Positions 15,392 to 26,026 are shown, counted from the first letter of the stretch. The stretch is DNA of 64,000 bases from Candidatus Bipolaricaulota bacterium (GCA_025060395.1 JANXCC010000002.1:102234-166233); one strand, 5' to 3'. The notes: generated by a model not told the origin, from the letters alone. Made by a program: numbers and translations.

Positions 15392-17194
15392 TCACCTCAG
15401 AGTGCTCTGGGCCAGGGCTGCTCCGTGGATGGTGGTGCCGTTACCGGAGAATCTCTGGGAGAAGCGCGGGTTGGGGAGCGTGAAGTAGAACGTGCTCCCC
15501 TCGCCAACCTTCGACTCCACCCAGATGCGTCCCCCGTACTCTTCGACGATCCGTTTGCAGATGGTCAAGCCCGCTCCGGTGCTCTCGTAGTCGTCTCCAC
15601 GCGGGTTGAGCCGCTCAAAGAGCTCAAAGATCTTCTCTCGGTATTGCTCCTCAATCCCGATCCCGTTATCCCGCACGTAGAATTTATAGAATTCCCCTTG
15701 TTGGGACCAACCGATCTCGATACGCTTGAGGGGTTTATCGTTATACTTAATAGCGTTGGAGATGAGATTACTAAAGAGCTCGACCATGTGGGTGCGATTG
15801 GCGATGATAATGGGCATCGTCTTAGGCAGCCGGAGGTCGACGTTCTCCAAGCGGGCTTTCATATCTTCTTTGATCTGTTCAAAGACCTCACTGAGATAGA
15901 CCTTCTCCAGGGTTTCGTGGCGCGTCCCGATGCGGCTGAGCCGCAGGAGATCATCGATGAGATTCTGCATGCGTAAGCTGGCGCGGTTGATTCTGTTGAG
16001 ATAGTCCTTGCCGTCATCGTCGAGCTTCTCGTAGTAATCCTCTAGGAGGTACTGGCTAAAGGCTGAGATCGTCCTCAGGGGTTCTTTCAAATCATGGGAG
16101 ACGACATGGGTGAATTGTTCTAGCTGTTGGTTCTTCTCCTCAAGGCGCTTGGTCTTCTCGTGGAGGCTCTCCTCCAGGCGCTTCTTCTCAGTGATATCGA
16201 TGAAGTGATCGATGCGTCCGCCCTTGTAGCGCTCCGTAGCCACAGGAATACTCCGATACTCTAAGATGCGCTCTGTGGTATGCGCCCGTACGGTGAAGAT
16301 GAACGGGTCTGCAGAACCGTTGATGATTCTTTCAAGGTCATCGGGGTTGGCAAGCAGGCGCTTGGCTCTCCCCAGGGCGCGGCGCACCTCGCACCCGACC
16401 ATATCATCGCGGTCGATATCGAAGAATCTTTCTAGAGTACGATTGGCCCAGATGACCCGTTGATCTTTATCTAGGAGCAGGATCCCGGTGTTGAGGGTAT
16501 CGATCGCATCTTCGATGAGGTAACGATAGCGCGCCTGCGCTTCGCGCACTTTGTTCTCCAACTCAGCAAGAGCTGAGAGATCGCGCATCTCCAGGGCCAG
16601 AGGGGCAAAGCGATTCTGCTCTAGGCGCACGAGCTTGAGCTCAACAGGGATCATCTCTTTCGAGTGGGAGATAGTGCGGAACTTAGTGGGGCCGGCTTCG
16701 CCGCGTAGGGCCGCGTGGCCGAGCTCCTCACGAAAGCGTGCCTGATCGTCGGGATGGATAAACTCCCAGACTCGTCGGGGGGAGCCGAAGACCTCGTGCG
16801 CACGGTCATTGCCCTCTAGGATTTGACCATCGGCATCGATCACGTAGACGAAGTTCAACGAGCGCCGGAAGAGCTGATGCTCTGCGGGTCTTGCCCTCTT
16901 GGAGACAGGCGGATGGGTGAGGCGGTGCCAGAGCCCCATCCCCCCTCCGACCGCGATATAGCACATCCCTGCCCAGGGAAGCAGCTTATCAGGGACAAAA
17001 GGCAATGAGCAAAGGAAGCTTGCCACCGCGCTGAGGACCCCAGCTGGCATTCCCCAGAGCCCCCCGCTTACTGCAACCGGGACGCTGAGCACTAGTATCA
17101 CTTCTATCCCACGATAGAATCCTAATCCCAATAAGAAAAAGATTGCCAAGCCATACAAGACGAGAATCCCCGTAATGCGCGTGAGTCCACTCAT
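15392..17194 (-). CDS. Membrane-anchored PAS-domain sensor histidine kinase.
   Basis: It has N-terminal TM helices and PAS segments. The H-box is VVSHDLKEPLR. HATPase N/G-box motifs are present (NAIKYN, DNGIGI, GAGLTI). Confidence 0.9.
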   Translation of the reverse strand: MSGLTRITGILVLYGLAIFFLLGLGFYRGIEVILVLSVPVAVSGGLWGMPAGVLSAVASFLCSLPFVPDKLLPWAGMCYIAVGGGMGLWHRLTHPPVSKRARPAEHQLFRRSLNFVYVIDADGQILEGNDRAHEVFGSPRRVWEFIHPDDQARFREELGHAALRGEAGPTKFRTISHSKEMIPVELKLVRLEQNRFAPLALEMRDLSALAELENKVREAQARYRYLIEDAIDTLNTGILLLDKDQRVIWANRTLERFFDIDRDDMVGCEVRRALGRAKRLLANPDDLERIINGSADPFIFTVRAHTTERILEYRSIPVATERYKGGRIDHFIDITEKKRLEESLHEKTKRLEEKNQQLEQFTHVVSHDLKEPLRTISAFSQYLLEDYYEKLDDDGKDYLNRINRASLRMQNLIDDLLRLSRIGTRHETLEKVYLSEVFEQIKEDMKARLENVDLRLPKTMPIIIANRTHMVELFSNLISNAIKYNDKPLKRIEIGWSQQGEFYKFYVRDNGIGIEEQYREKIFELFERLNPRGDDYESTGAGLTICKRIVEEYGGRIWVESKVGEGSTFYFTLPNPRFSQRFSGNGTTIHGAALAQSTLR

Positions 17195-17288
17195 ATATGC
17201 CCTGCCTACGCGTTCTTGTGCTGAGTCTACTTTCCGCGGGTCCCTAGGAAAAGGACATCTGTCCCGTCCCGAGGCGAAGGTTGACCCC

Positions 17289-17975
17289 TCAGATAATTAA
17301 GTTGTCGCTGAGGCGGAAGGGGAACGGCTCGGCCATCGCTTCGAGCGACTTGGGATCGAGCACGGTTACCTTGCGGTCATCGACCGCGATGACGCCGCGC
17401 TCCTCTAGTTCCCCCAAGGTGCGGATGGCCGTCTTAGAGCTGACTCCCGCCATCTCCGCCAGCTCGGTACGCGAGAGCTCGATCCCACTCTCCCCTAGCT
17501 TCAAAATAATTCGAGCGAGTCGCTCCTTGCTCCCGTTGTAGGAGCGTTCGGCCAGTTTACACTGGAACGCTTTCAGCTCCTCGCTCAGCTTTTCGAAGAG
17601 CCGAAAGACCACGGGAGGGTGACGGATCAAGAAATCGAAGAAGTCGCCGCGCTCTAAGAACCCTACGACCGTCTTGGTGAGGGTCTTGGCGTAGGCGATG
17701 TGCACGCCCTTGTCAAAGAGCGTCGTCTCGCCGAGGATCTCGCCGGGGCCGACCAATTTGAGGATCTGCTTCTTGCCTCCCAGCGTCCGCTTGACGAGCT
17801 TCACTTGCCCCTCAAAGACCAGATAGAACCCGAACGCCGGTGCGCCCTCTTGGAAGATGATCTCGCCACGACCGTACTTGATCTTCCGGACCTTGCTCTC
17901 CAATTCGCTGAGGTCCTTGGGGCCCAGATCCGCGAAGATCTTAAAATCCTTGAGCTCCACCATCCCTCTCACCAC
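17289..17975 (-). CDS. Crp/Fnr-family transcriptional regulator.
   Basis: It has a cNMP-binding beta-roll (GEIIFQEG...GE) and a C-terminal HTH (RTELAEMAGVSSKTAIRTL). Confidence 0.88.
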   Translation of the reverse strand: MVRGMVELKDFKIFADLGPKDLSELESKVRKIKYGRGEIIFQEGAPAFGFYLVFEGQVKLVKRTLGGKKQILKLVGPGEILGETTLFDKGVHIAYAKTLTKTVVGFLERGDFFDFLIRHPPVVFRLFEKLSEELKAFQCKLAERSYNGSKERLARIILKLGESGIELSRTELAEMAGVSSKTAIRTLGELEERGVIAVDDRKVTVLDPKSLEAMAEPFPFRLSDNLII

Positions 17976-18022
17976 CGTGTGCAGTGTGTATTATTATAAG
18001 CAAGTCTCCTCCTGTCAGTCAA

Positions 18023-18475
18023 TTATTGGAGTATCCCGATGGGGGCTTCTTCCTTGGCTACGGCCAGTACGATGCTCGTGTTGGTTCGCTCGATAGCCGG
18101 ATGGCTTAAGAGTCTTTTGATCTCTTGGTTCATGCTCTCTTGGTCGCGGAATTTCCCGATCACTAGAATATCGAACTCCCCAGTGATCTCGTAGACATGG
18201 GTGAGATGCTCGTCGTTCTTCTTCAGCTCTTCGACGATCTGAGGGATTTGATTGCCTCGGGCCTTGATGAGCGTCACGGTTGTGATGGGGTAGCCTAGCT
18301 TCTCGTAGTCGACGATGGCCTTGTAACCGCGGATGACTCCTTGGAGTTCGAGTTCGCGCAAGCGATGGCTGACGGTCGCGGTAGAGACTCTCAGGTGGCG
18401 TGCGATCTGGCGCAGGCTAGCGCGCCCGTCCCTTTGAAGGTATTCTACAATCCGTCGATCTAAGTCTTTATACAT
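18023..18475 (-). CDS. Lrp/AsnC-family transcriptional regulator.
   Basis: It has an N-terminal HTH (DGRASLRQIARHLRVSTATVSHR) plus a RAM domain. Confidence 0.88.
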   Translation of the reverse strand: MYKDLDRRIVEYLQRDGRASLRQIARHLRVSTATVSHRLRELELQGVIRGYKAIVDYEKLGYPITTVTLIKARGNQIPQIVEELKKNDEHLTHVYEITGEFDILVIGKFRDQESMNQEIKRLLSHPAIERTNTSIVLAVAKEEAPIGILQ

Positions 18476-18558
18476 AAAGGGCAGTTCCCGCCTCTCCCGT
18501 AGGGGGACGGACTCCGTTCCATGGTGATTCTAGCACATCGAGGCCCTCGCGTGCAAGC

Positions 18559-18587
18559 TTGACGCCCGAAATCGCTCGTGTTATGAT
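18559..18587 (+). promoter_or_regulatory. Sigma70-type promoter for panB, TTGACG-17-TATGAT.
   Basis: The hexamers and spacing were read directly. The panB ATG lies 15 nt downstream. Confidence 0.5.
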
Positions 18588-18601
18588 CAAGGCAGATTCT
18601 C

Positions 18602-19438
18602 ATGGACGAGAAGATTACTATCCCCAAGCTCCGTGCCATGAAAGAAGCCGGCGAGAAGATCACCATGCTCACGGCGTATGATTGGCCTACAGCCCTCTTG
18701 TTAGATCGCGCCGGCATTGAGGTCCTCCTAGTGGGTGATTCCGTGGGCAACAACATCTTGGGCTATTCTGATACTATTCCCGTGACGATGGAGGAGATGA
18801 TCCATCATACGAAGGCCGTGCGGCGCGGGGTCAAGCGCGCCTTGCTTGTGGGGGATATGCCCTTTCTTTCGTATCAGATCTCGCCCGAGCAGGCGCTCGC
18901 GAATGCCGGGCGCTTCCTTAAGGAAGGAGGGGCTGAGGCGGTCAAGCTCGAGGGTGGGGCCGAGATGGCTGATATTATTAGTCTCTTAGTACGACGTGGC
19001 ATCCCTGTGATGGGGCACATAGGGCTGACACCGCAGCGCGCGGCCCAGCTTGGAGGCTTGAAAGTCCAAGGACGTGACGAGGAGACTGCGCGCAAACTCT
19101 TGAATGACGCACGCGTGTTAGAAGAAGCCGGGGTGTTCTCGCTCGTGCTCGAAGCCGTCCCCTGGGCGCTAGCCAAGCTGATCACAGAGCGCGTCAAGGT
19201 CCCAACTATTGGGATCGGTGCAGGGCCCTACTGCGATGGCCAGGTCCTTGTGGTCACGGATATGATCGGGCTGTCGCTTGGGATCTCGCCCAAGTTCTCC
19301 AAGCGCTACGCGCATCTAGCTGCGGAGATCGAGCGTGCCGCAAAAGAATATCTGCACGAAGTCAAATCCGGACGGTTCCCCACTATCGAGGAGCACAGCT
19401 TCACGATCAGCGAGGAAGTCTTACGGAAGCTCCAATGA
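18602..19438 (+). CDS. panB: 3-methyl-2-oxobutanoate hydroxymethyltransferase.
   Basis: The sequence is conserved over its full length with the PanB family (LTAYD, VGDSLG-like VGDSVGN, DMPFLSY). Confidence 0.92.
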   Translation: MDEKITIPKLRAMKEAGEKITMLTAYDWPTALLLDRAGIEVLLVGDSVGNNILGYSDTIPVTMEEMIHHTKAVRRGVKRALLVGDMPFLSYQISPEQALANAGRFLKEGGAEAVKLEGGAEMADIISLLVRRGIPVMGHIGLTPQRAAQLGGLKVQGRDEETARKLLNDARVLEEAGVFSLVLEAVPWALAKLITERVKVPTIGIGAGPYCDGQVLVVTDMIGLSLGISPKFSKRYAHLAAEIERAAKEYLHEVKSGRFPTIEEHSFTISEEVLRKLQ

Positions 19439-20346
19439 GGATCTGCATTGTAGGTGCGGGGGCATTAGGGAGTCTCTTTGGTGGGCTGCTGGCGCGTGCC
19501 GGTGCGTCGGTTGCCTTGTATAACCCTTCAAACGTCGAGCATATTCGAGCTATTCAGAGCTCTGGACTCATCCTCGAGAGCAACGGCACGGCGCTCCAGA
19601 TTCCTCTAGAGGCGGCAACGACGCCAGATATTGTCGAGGGCGTCGATTTGGTGATGATCTTCGTCAAGGCGCATCAGACGGCATGTGCTATGGCGCAGAT
19701 CGCTCCCAAGCTCGCTCAGCGTTCGTGGGTGCTCAGCTTGCAGAACGGCTTTGGTATGGAGGAAGAGATTCTGCGCTGGGTTCCTGCTGAGAGATTTCTG
19801 CGCGGGGTGACCTCCCAAGGGGCGACGATGGTCGGGCCTGGGCGCGTGCGGTGGGCTGGAGCGGGCCCAACTAAGCTTGGCCGGTGGAGTGGGCCGGTGG
19901 TGCCCATGATCGAAGAGTTGCTTGCGCTCTTGCGGAGCGCCGGCATAGAGACGGAATATTCTTGCGAGATCGAGCGCCTCATCTGGGAGAAGTTGCTCGT
20001 GAGCTGCGCGATCAATCCTTTGACGGCGCTCTTTAATCAGCCCAACGGAAGTATTATCTCAGATCCGCACTTGCGTGAGATCGCTGAGGCGGTAGTGCGC
20101 GAGGCGTTGCGGGTGGCCTCCGCGCATGGGGTCTCCATGGGCGAAGGGGAGGCACTAGCATGGCTGGAGACGGTCGCGCGCAAGACCGCGCAGAATATCT
20201 CCAGTATGCTCCAGGATGTGCGGCGTGGCCGCCCCACGGAGATCGACTATATTAACGGGGCGGTAGTGCGTGCAGGGCGGAGGTTGGGAATCCCAACCCC
20301 ATTGAATTTGTTATTAACTCAGCTCATACACCAGAGGAGTCAATGA
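19435..20346 (+). CDS. panE: 2-dehydropantoate 2-reductase.
   Basis: It has an N-terminal Rossmann GxGxxG (IVGAGALG) and the ApbA/PanE family pattern. Its start overlaps the panB stop. Confidence 0.82.
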   Translation: MRICIVGAGALGSLFGGLLARAGASVALYNPSNVEHIRAIQSSGLILESNGTALQIPLEAATTPDIVEGVDLVMIFVKAHQTACAMAQIAPKLAQRSWVLSLQNGFGMEEEILRWVPAERFLRGVTSQGATMVGPGRVRWAGAGPTKLGRWSGPVVPMIEELLALLRSAGIETEYSCEIERLIWEKLLVSCAINPLTALFNQPNGSIISDPHLREIAEAVVREALRVASAHGVSMGEGEALAWLETVARKTAQNISSMLQDVRRGRPTEIDYINGAVVRAGRRLGIPTPLNLLLTQLIHQRSQ

Positions 20347-21527
20347 GAGCCACAAAAGAGATCAAAGGTCCGACCCAGGTGCTAGTGCGTGTCGAGATTC
20401 CGGCCGAGGCAGTGAGCCGAAAGATCGATGAGCTCTTCCGTCGTGCCAGCCGCGAGATTCAGTTGCCGGGGTTTCGTCCCGGGCGTGTCCCCCGGGCTGT
20501 GCTGGAAGCCCGCTTCGGAAGAGATTTCCTAAACGAAGACGCCCAAGCAGAGCTCATCGAAGAGTATCTCCCTCAGGCGTTGGAGCAGTTACAGATCCAT
20601 CCCGTCAGTCCCCCGCAAACCAAGCCTGGAGAGTTCGACCCACATAAAGACTTCGCGTTTGAAGCTGAAGTAGAGGTCCTCCCCGAGATCACGGTGCAGC
20701 ACTATACGAACATAGAGATCGCAGACGTGCCTGTTGAAGCCGTTCAAGAGTCGGACATAGATGCTGTTGTAGAACGGCTTCGGATTGACCATGCGACGCT
20801 CCTTCCCAAGGTGGGCGACAAGAGCGCTGTCGTTGAGGCAGGAGACATTGTCGAGCTCAAGATCTCTGGCGAGGACGAGATCCGTGAATGGCAGGCCTCT
20901 CCTGGGGAGCTGACGGGTCAGCTCATCGGGCGCCGGGTAGGCGAAACGGTATTGTTGCAGGCCGAAGGGCAGCAGCTTCGGGTGCGGATTGAAGGTGTCA
21001 AGATCTTAGAGAAGCCCGATCTAGAAGAGCTTGCAAAGACCTTGGGGCACGCAGACGTAGCGGCCTTGCGTGCGAAGGTCCGCCAAGAATTAGAAGAGAG
21101 CCGGGCGCGACAACGAGAGCGGACGCTCAAGCTCAAGATCTTAGATACGATTATCGCTCAGACGCCCATAGAGTTGCCGCTGCGCTTCATTGAGCGCTTG
21201 GTGGCGCAAGAGCTGGAGCGCTGGCACCGGCAAGGGATGTCAGAGCCCACAGCCGAAGCCGTACGAAGACTGAGAGAAGCCATCGAGCAGCGCGTGAAGC
21301 GCGAGCTCGTCCTTGATGCGATCAAGCGTCAAGAGGGCTTAGCTCTCAGCGACGCGGACTTCGAGAGGCTCTTAGAAGCAGAAGCCCAGAGGCGCGAGAT
21401 GAACCCCATCAAATTCCGGGCGCTCTTGGAGCGTGAAGGGCGGTTGCAAAGCTTCCGCTCCGAGGTAGAAGACGAGCGCGTCTTGCAATTTCTCTATGAA
21501 AGGGCGAAAATCCATCCCCAGGGGTAG
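20343..21527 (+). CDS. tig: Trigger factor.
   Basis: It has GFRPGRVP, a ribosome-binding-region-like N-terminus, and a position immediately upstream of clpP. Confidence 0.85.
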   Translation: MRATKEIKGPTQVLVRVEIPAEAVSRKIDELFRRASREIQLPGFRPGRVPRAVLEARFGRDFLNEDAQAELIEEYLPQALEQLQIHPVSPPQTKPGEFDPHKDFAFEAEVEVLPEITVQHYTNIEIADVPVEAVQESDIDAVVERLRIDHATLLPKVGDKSAVVEAGDIVELKISGEDEIREWQASPGELTGQLIGRRVGETVLLQAEGQQLRVRIEGVKILEKPDLEELAKTLGHADVAALRAKVRQELEESRARQRERTLKLKILDTIIAQTPIELPLRFIERLVAQELERWHRQGMSEPTAEAVRRLREAIEQRVKRELVLDAIKRQEGLALSDADFERLLEAEAQRREMNPIKFRALLEREGRLQSFRSEVEDERVLQFLYERAKIHPQG

Positions 21528-21536
21528 GGAGCTACT

Positions 21537-22142
21537 ATGAGAGATCAGATTACAATCCCGATAGTGATTGACCGTACCGGCCAGTATGAGCGTGTCTACG
21601 ATATCTACTCGCGCTTGCTTGAGGATCGGATCATCTTCTTACAGGGAGTGATCACGGACTATGTGGCCAATCTCGTCGTGGCTCAGATGCTCTTCCTCGA
21701 ATCGAAGGACCCGGAGAAAGATATTAATCTCTATATCAATACGCCGGGGGGAAGCACGACGGCGGGACTAGCCATATATGATACAATGCAATACGTGCGG
21801 TGCGATGTGCGCACGATCTGTGTTGGGTCGGCCTTCTCTATGGGGGCAGTGCTCTTAGCGGCAGGGACGAAGGGGAAGCGCTTCTCCTTGCCTAATGCGC
21901 GCATTATGATCCATCAACCGTGGGGTGGGGTGCAAGGCCAAGCCGCGGATATCAAGATTCACGCTGAAGAGATCTTGAGGATGCGCGATCAACTCAATAG
22001 AATCCTAGCAGAGCACACGGGGCAGCCCCTCGAGCGCATCGAGCGCGATACTGATAGAGATTTCTTCATGAGCCCCGAGGACGCTAAGAACTATCACATT
22101 ATCGACGAAGTGATCAAGACGCGCCGCGGGGCGAGGTTCTGA
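21537..22142 (+). CDS. clpP: ATP-dependent Clp protease proteolytic subunit.
   Basis: Classic ClpP motifs are present (INSPGG, catalytic Ser in GxAxSMG, MIHQP). Confidence 0.95.
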   Translation: MRDQITIPIVIDRTGQYERVYDIYSRLLEDRIIFLQGVITDYVANLVVAQMLFLESKDPEKDINLYINTPGGSTTAGLAIYDTMQYVRCDVRTICVGSAFSMGAVLLAAGTKGKRFSLPNARIMIHQPWGGVQGQAADIKIHAEEILRMRDQLNRILAEHTGQPLERIERDTDRDFFMSPEDAKNYHIIDEVIKTRRGARF

Positions 22143-22144
22143 TT

Positions 22145-22699
22145 CTACGGGCAGGTTGGGGGAATGATCGGCACGGCAAAGCGTGTCGAGACCCCCAGTA
22201 CGCCCTCAGAGGTTCCATCGTTATTTAAGTCCACGGAGAGCATCATAAACCACGGCCCCCGTATATCTCCCGTCGACAAGAAGAGTATTGTGCCAAACTG
22301 CTTCCCGCCTTGAGCCCGTCCGTTGAGTGTGACTTCAAAATCTGCTAGGACGTGAATCCGGATCTCGACAAACGGTGTTGGGCCGCTGCAGAAGACCGTC
22401 GTTCGAGCGGTAACCAAGCGGGGATACCCATTGATCGAATAGACGGGATCGACACCAGCCTCGAATTTGCCGTTCCCATCGGCGTCAACGACGTATTGCG
22501 CGGTAAAAAAGTCGGTCTTATGAGGAAGGTTGAAGAGTTCGAGTTGCCATTGGCCGAGGGCGGCTTGAAGATCTGAGGATGTTATATCGCCTTGGGCTGA
22601 GAGAACTCGGACGATCTCGTGGGTGGAGAGGGTCTGGGCCTGGCCACTCATCACGACCGTGACGACGCTGAGCACTAAGGCTATAAATATACGTCGCAT
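22145..22699 (-). CDS. Secreted hypothetical protein.
   Basis: It has a signal peptide and no recognisable domain. Confidence 0.55.
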   Translation of the reverse strand: MRRIFIALVLSVVTVVMSGQAQTLSTHEIVRVLSAQGDITSSDLQAALGQWQLELFNLPHKTDFFTAQYVVDADGNGKFEAGVDPVYSINGYPRLVTARTTVFCSGPTPFVEIRIHVLADFEVTLNGRAQGGKQFGTILFLSTGDIRGPWFMMLSVDLNNDGTSEGVLGVSTRFAVPIIPPTCP

Positions 22700-22754
22700 G
22701 TGATACCTCCTTGACTGATATGCTACCCTGGTACGGGTGCGTTGTCAAATTCTA

Positions 22755-22793
22755 TAAAAAACAACCGGCCCTGGGCGTGCTGCCCAGGGCCGG
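22755..22793 (-). terminator. Rho-independent terminator of the three-gene outer-membrane operon.
   Basis: A 12-bp GC stem (ccggccctgggc / gcccagggccgg) is followed on the minus strand by UUGUUUUUUAUA. Confidence 0.7.
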
Positions 22794-22816
22794 GCCAATT
22801 CCGTCCAGGACCTTCA

Positions 22817-24313
22817 CTAGAAGGTGAAGGTGATGGAGATCATCTGCGCCTCGAGCCGGTTCTCGGTCAAGAGCGTGGCGCTCTTGAGCAAGGCAGCGCC
22901 CATCTTCCAGCTCAGCTCGATGGTCGCGCCATAGAAGCCGGTGATGAGGCTTGTCAGGCGGATGCCGATGCTGATCGACATATCGCCGACGGTGGCCGAC
23001 AGCAACAGGTCGTGATAGAAGAGCGCGGTCGTGCAGTTGAGCTCTTCATTGCAGAACTGGATGTCGCTGACGACCTTCATCCCCGGCGGATCGAACGTCG
23101 AGATGACGCGGCTCCAGTAGAGGGTGAACGCCCGGGTGATGTCCGGCCAGATGTACCCTATAATCGTCATCGAGATATCCCCCACCTTCAGGCTCGTGAC
23201 GAAGACGTCTGAGCTGAGGGTGAGATCAGGCCCGATGATATTGAGGGTATTGGTCACCTCTAGCCGGAACGGGTCGAGGCGGAAGGACTGGGTCAGCTCG
23301 ACGAAGCGCAATCCCGCGGGACCTTCGGCGAACTCGAACTCCAGGCGTGCACCCCAGGTGATGCCAGCCAGCTTGAGGTTGCGGATGAAGATCTTCTCCT
23401 CGTAGAAGGTGAACGGGGCATCGGGGAGCATGCCACCGCGCACAATCTGGAGAGGCTTACACTCCGCAAAGCACTCAAGACCTTGGCGGGCGCCGATCCA
23501 GCTCTCAGCGCGGATTGTGATGCCGCTGACGGTCTGGCCCTCGACGCTGCTGACGACACCCATGCGCCAGCTGGGGACAGCCGCCGAGCCGACGTTGCCA
23601 AACAAGCCGCGCAGCCCGATGGTCAACCCCGCTAGCGACAGGGCCAAGTCCACGACCTTCTTGCGGAAGGTCAGCGGCTGACCCAGCGGGTTAGAGGCCT
23701 GCGCCTCCATGATGGTGGCCAGGTACCAATTGCGCAGCGCCGGGTGCAAGTAGAGGACGTTAGTCAGGTAGAGATCGACGCCCTCAATCAGCAAGTAGAG
23801 GTAGTGCTCGCCGGCGTCTACTGGGGTCCCGCAGTTCCAGTTAAATCCGGCAGGCGGGACGATAGTGGGGTTGGCCAGCGCTACGCAGTACGCCGGCAAT
23901 CCTAGGCTATCGCGCACCGCGCGGATCTCCAGGATATTAGGCGCGAAGATGAACTGCGAGCGCACGACCAGAGCACCAATCGTCCCGGTGAAGACGAACG
24001 ACTGATACTCCAGCCCGCGGAAGGTGAAGACCGACTGGCTGGTGATATCCACGCCGCTGATGGACAGCGTCAAGATGAGGTCCAGCTCCAGCTTGACATA
24101 GATCTTGTCGATCTTGCACGGCGCGAGTGCTGGACCGGGATCGCAGTCATAGTACCCTGCAGGAGCGAAGACGATATCTAACGTCGCGGAACCGCTGACC
24201 GGAGCGGCATGAGCGGGGAGACTCCAGCCTGCCGCGGTCACTGCCAGTGCCGCTAGGATTACCATGAGTCTTCTAAACATTGACAGAACCTCCTTTTTCT
24301 CGGTTTTTCTCAC
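22817..24313 (-). CDS. Paralog 1 of a secreted putative outer-membrane beta-barrel protein family.
   Basis: It has an MFRRL... signal peptide and shared motifs with its two neighbours (QPLTFRKK, GQTVSGI, GARQGLECF.ECKP, EEKIF). The C-terminus is ...ISITFTF, ending in Phe. Confidence 0.8.
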   Translation of the reverse strand: MRKTEKKEVLSMFRRLMVILAALAVTAAGWSLPAHAAPVSGSATLDIVFAPAGYYDCDPGPALAPCKIDKIYVKLELDLILTLSISGVDITSQSVFTFRGLEYQSFVFTGTIGALVVRSQFIFAPNILEIRAVRDSLGLPAYCVALANPTIVPPAGFNWNCGTPVDAGEHYLYLLIEGVDLYLTNVLYLHPALRNWYLATIMEAQASNPLGQPLTFRKKVVDLALSLAGLTIGLRGLFGNVGSAAVPSWRMGVVSSVEGQTVSGITIRAESWIGARQGLECFAECKPLQIVRGGMLPDAPFTFYEEKIFIRNLKLAGITWGARLEFEFAEGPAGLRFVELTQSFRLDPFRLEVTNTLNIIGPDLTLSSDVFVTSLKVGDISMTIIGYIWPDITRAFTLYWSRVISTFDPPGMKVVSDIQFCNEELNCTTALFYHDLLLSATVGDMSISIGIRLTSLITGFYGATIELSWKMGAALLKSATLLTENRLEAQMISITFTF

Positions 24314-24322
24314 GTGCGCACC

Positions 24323-26026
24323 TTAGAACTTGATCTCGATGCTGAACTGTTGCGCCGCCAGCTCGATGCGGGTGCCATCAAAGGCATCCACGCCAAAGCC
24401 AAAGGGTAAGTTCCACGTGTTACGGGCCGCCTGGAGGTTCTGGAAGATCGTCCAGCTTGTGAAGGTCACCGGGCCAATCTTCCAGCTGGCCTTCACAGAG
24501 AACAGGTACAGGTCCTTCAGCAGGCTCCCGTACGTGGCCGCGAACAAGTAGACCGTCAGGTCACCGACCTCAAAGAGCAGGTCGTAGTCGACCTCAAGGA
24601 ACGGGTTGGGCGTACCAGGAGCTAGGAAGTTACCCTGGTAGCACCGCCCTGGGACGCCACCAAACTCATTGGGGTCACAGGTGACCGCGACGATCGAGGC
24701 CTTGGCGCCCGGCGCGTCGAACTCAGCGTAGAATATCCTAAACAGCGACTCCATCGCTCCGATAGCGGTTGGGCGGAAGTCCCACTGGATGAAACCGCTC
24801 GCTTCGCCGAAGGAGACGCTGACTCGGATCTGATCGCGGATGAAGCTCAAGCCTGGGCCAAACCGCGCGATGTTGAGCACTGTGATCCCCAGCGGGGTGA
24901 TGCGCGGCGTGGTCGTTATGACCGACAGGAAGGTCGGCTGGAGCGAGCTCGCGGCAACTCCGGCCAGCTGCATCTCGATGAGGATCGAGTTGGTGAGCCC
25001 GGCAAACCTCAACCCGGTGATGTAGAGCTTCTCCTCCTCGGGCGAGAAGCCAGGGACGACGATACCGCCAGTGGCCGGATAGGGCACGATGAGAGCCGCC
25101 CCTTGGGTGCCCAGGCGCTGATTGGGCTTGCACTCGCCGAAGCACTCAAAGCCCTGGCGGGCGCCGATCCAGGTCTCGCTGCGCACGTTGATGCCGCTGA
25201 CGGTCTGGCCCTCGAGGATCAGGACCGTGCCGGTGACAAAGCTCGGCGTAGCCGAGGTGCCGAAGTTGGCAAAGAGCGCGCGCAGCCCTAGCGTCAACCC
25301 GGCAATGCTCAAGGTCACCTCAGCCGCCTTCTTGCGGAAGGTCAGAGGCTGATCGAGCATCGAGCCAGAGACATTACCGGGCACTACCGGGGGATGCCAA
25401 GCATCGTACAGGCCGTCGGCCCAGCGGCCAATGACCAGATTGCCAATAGGGCCAGAGGAGATCTCTGCGTAGCTCAAGAAGAACAGCGCGCCCCAGGGTA
25501 AGTAGCCGTAGATCGGGTCGATGATACCCGCCGAGGTCCCATAGATACAGTTGTTGAGGTTTGGAGACCCAGAAGCCACCCCGTAGTCATGGGGTGCAGA
25601 CCGCAGGAGGCAGTAGGAGCGGGTACCGGCGCCGGTGCGAGCCTCCTCAAACTCCAAGATGTTTGGAGCAAAGACCAGGGCCGTCTGGAAGACCATCGCA
25701 CCGACCGTCGCCTTGACAAAGAAGATCTGGGTCTCGATGCCCTTGAACGTGAACGAGGTAGAGCTGGTCAGCTCAAGGCCGCTGATCGACATCGTCAACA
25801 ACAGATCGGCCTCGAACTTGACCGAGATCCGGTCAATCTTGTTGATCAGATCCTCAGTGCAGATGATATCCCCCAAAGGCCCATCAACGTAACAAGACAG
25901 CTCTGGGTGAAAGACGATGTCGAAGGTGAAGCTGCCCGTGATGGGAGCAGCGGCTGCCGTCCAGGAGAGTGCTCCAGCTAGGAACAACGCTAGCGCACTT
26001 GCTAGAACTGTGATTCTTCTAAACAT
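24323..26026 (-). CDS. Paralog 2 of a secreted putative outer-membrane beta-barrel protein family.
   Basis: It shares the N-terminus, internal motifs and the conserved leader/RBS with its neighbours. The C-terminus is ...SIEIKF. Confidence 0.8.
   Translation of the reverse strand: MFRRITVLASALALFLAGALSWTAAAAPITGSFTFDIVFHPELSCYVDGPLGDIICTEDLINKIDRISVKFEADLLLTMSISGLELTSSTSFTFKGIETQIFFVKATVGAMVFQTALVFAPNILEFEEARTGAGTRSYCLLRSAPHDYGVASGSPNLNNCIYGTSAGIIDPIYGYLPWGALFFLSYAEISSGPIGNLVIGRWADGLYDAWHPPVVPGNVSGSMLDQPLTFRKKAAEVTLSIAGLTLGLRALFANFGTSATPSFVTGTVLILEGQTVSGINVRSETWIGARQGFECFGECKPNQRLGTQGAALIVPYPATGGIVVPGFSPEEEKLYITGLRFAGLTNSILIEMQLAGVAASSLQPTFLSVITTTPRITPLGITVLNIARFGPGLSFIRDQIRVSVSFGEASGFIQWDFRPTAIGAMESLFRIFYAEFDAPGAKASIVAVTCDPNEFGGVPGRCYQGNFLAPGTPNPFLEVDYDLLFEVGDLTVYLFAATYGSLLKDLYLFSVKASWKIGPVTFTSWTIFQNLQAARNTWNLPFGFGVDAFDGTRIELAAQQFSIEIKF

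Noticed and set aside
15302-15976. A 224-aa ORF on the plus strand.
   Set aside because: It is antisense to the histidine kinase and response regulator genes, which have clear motifs.
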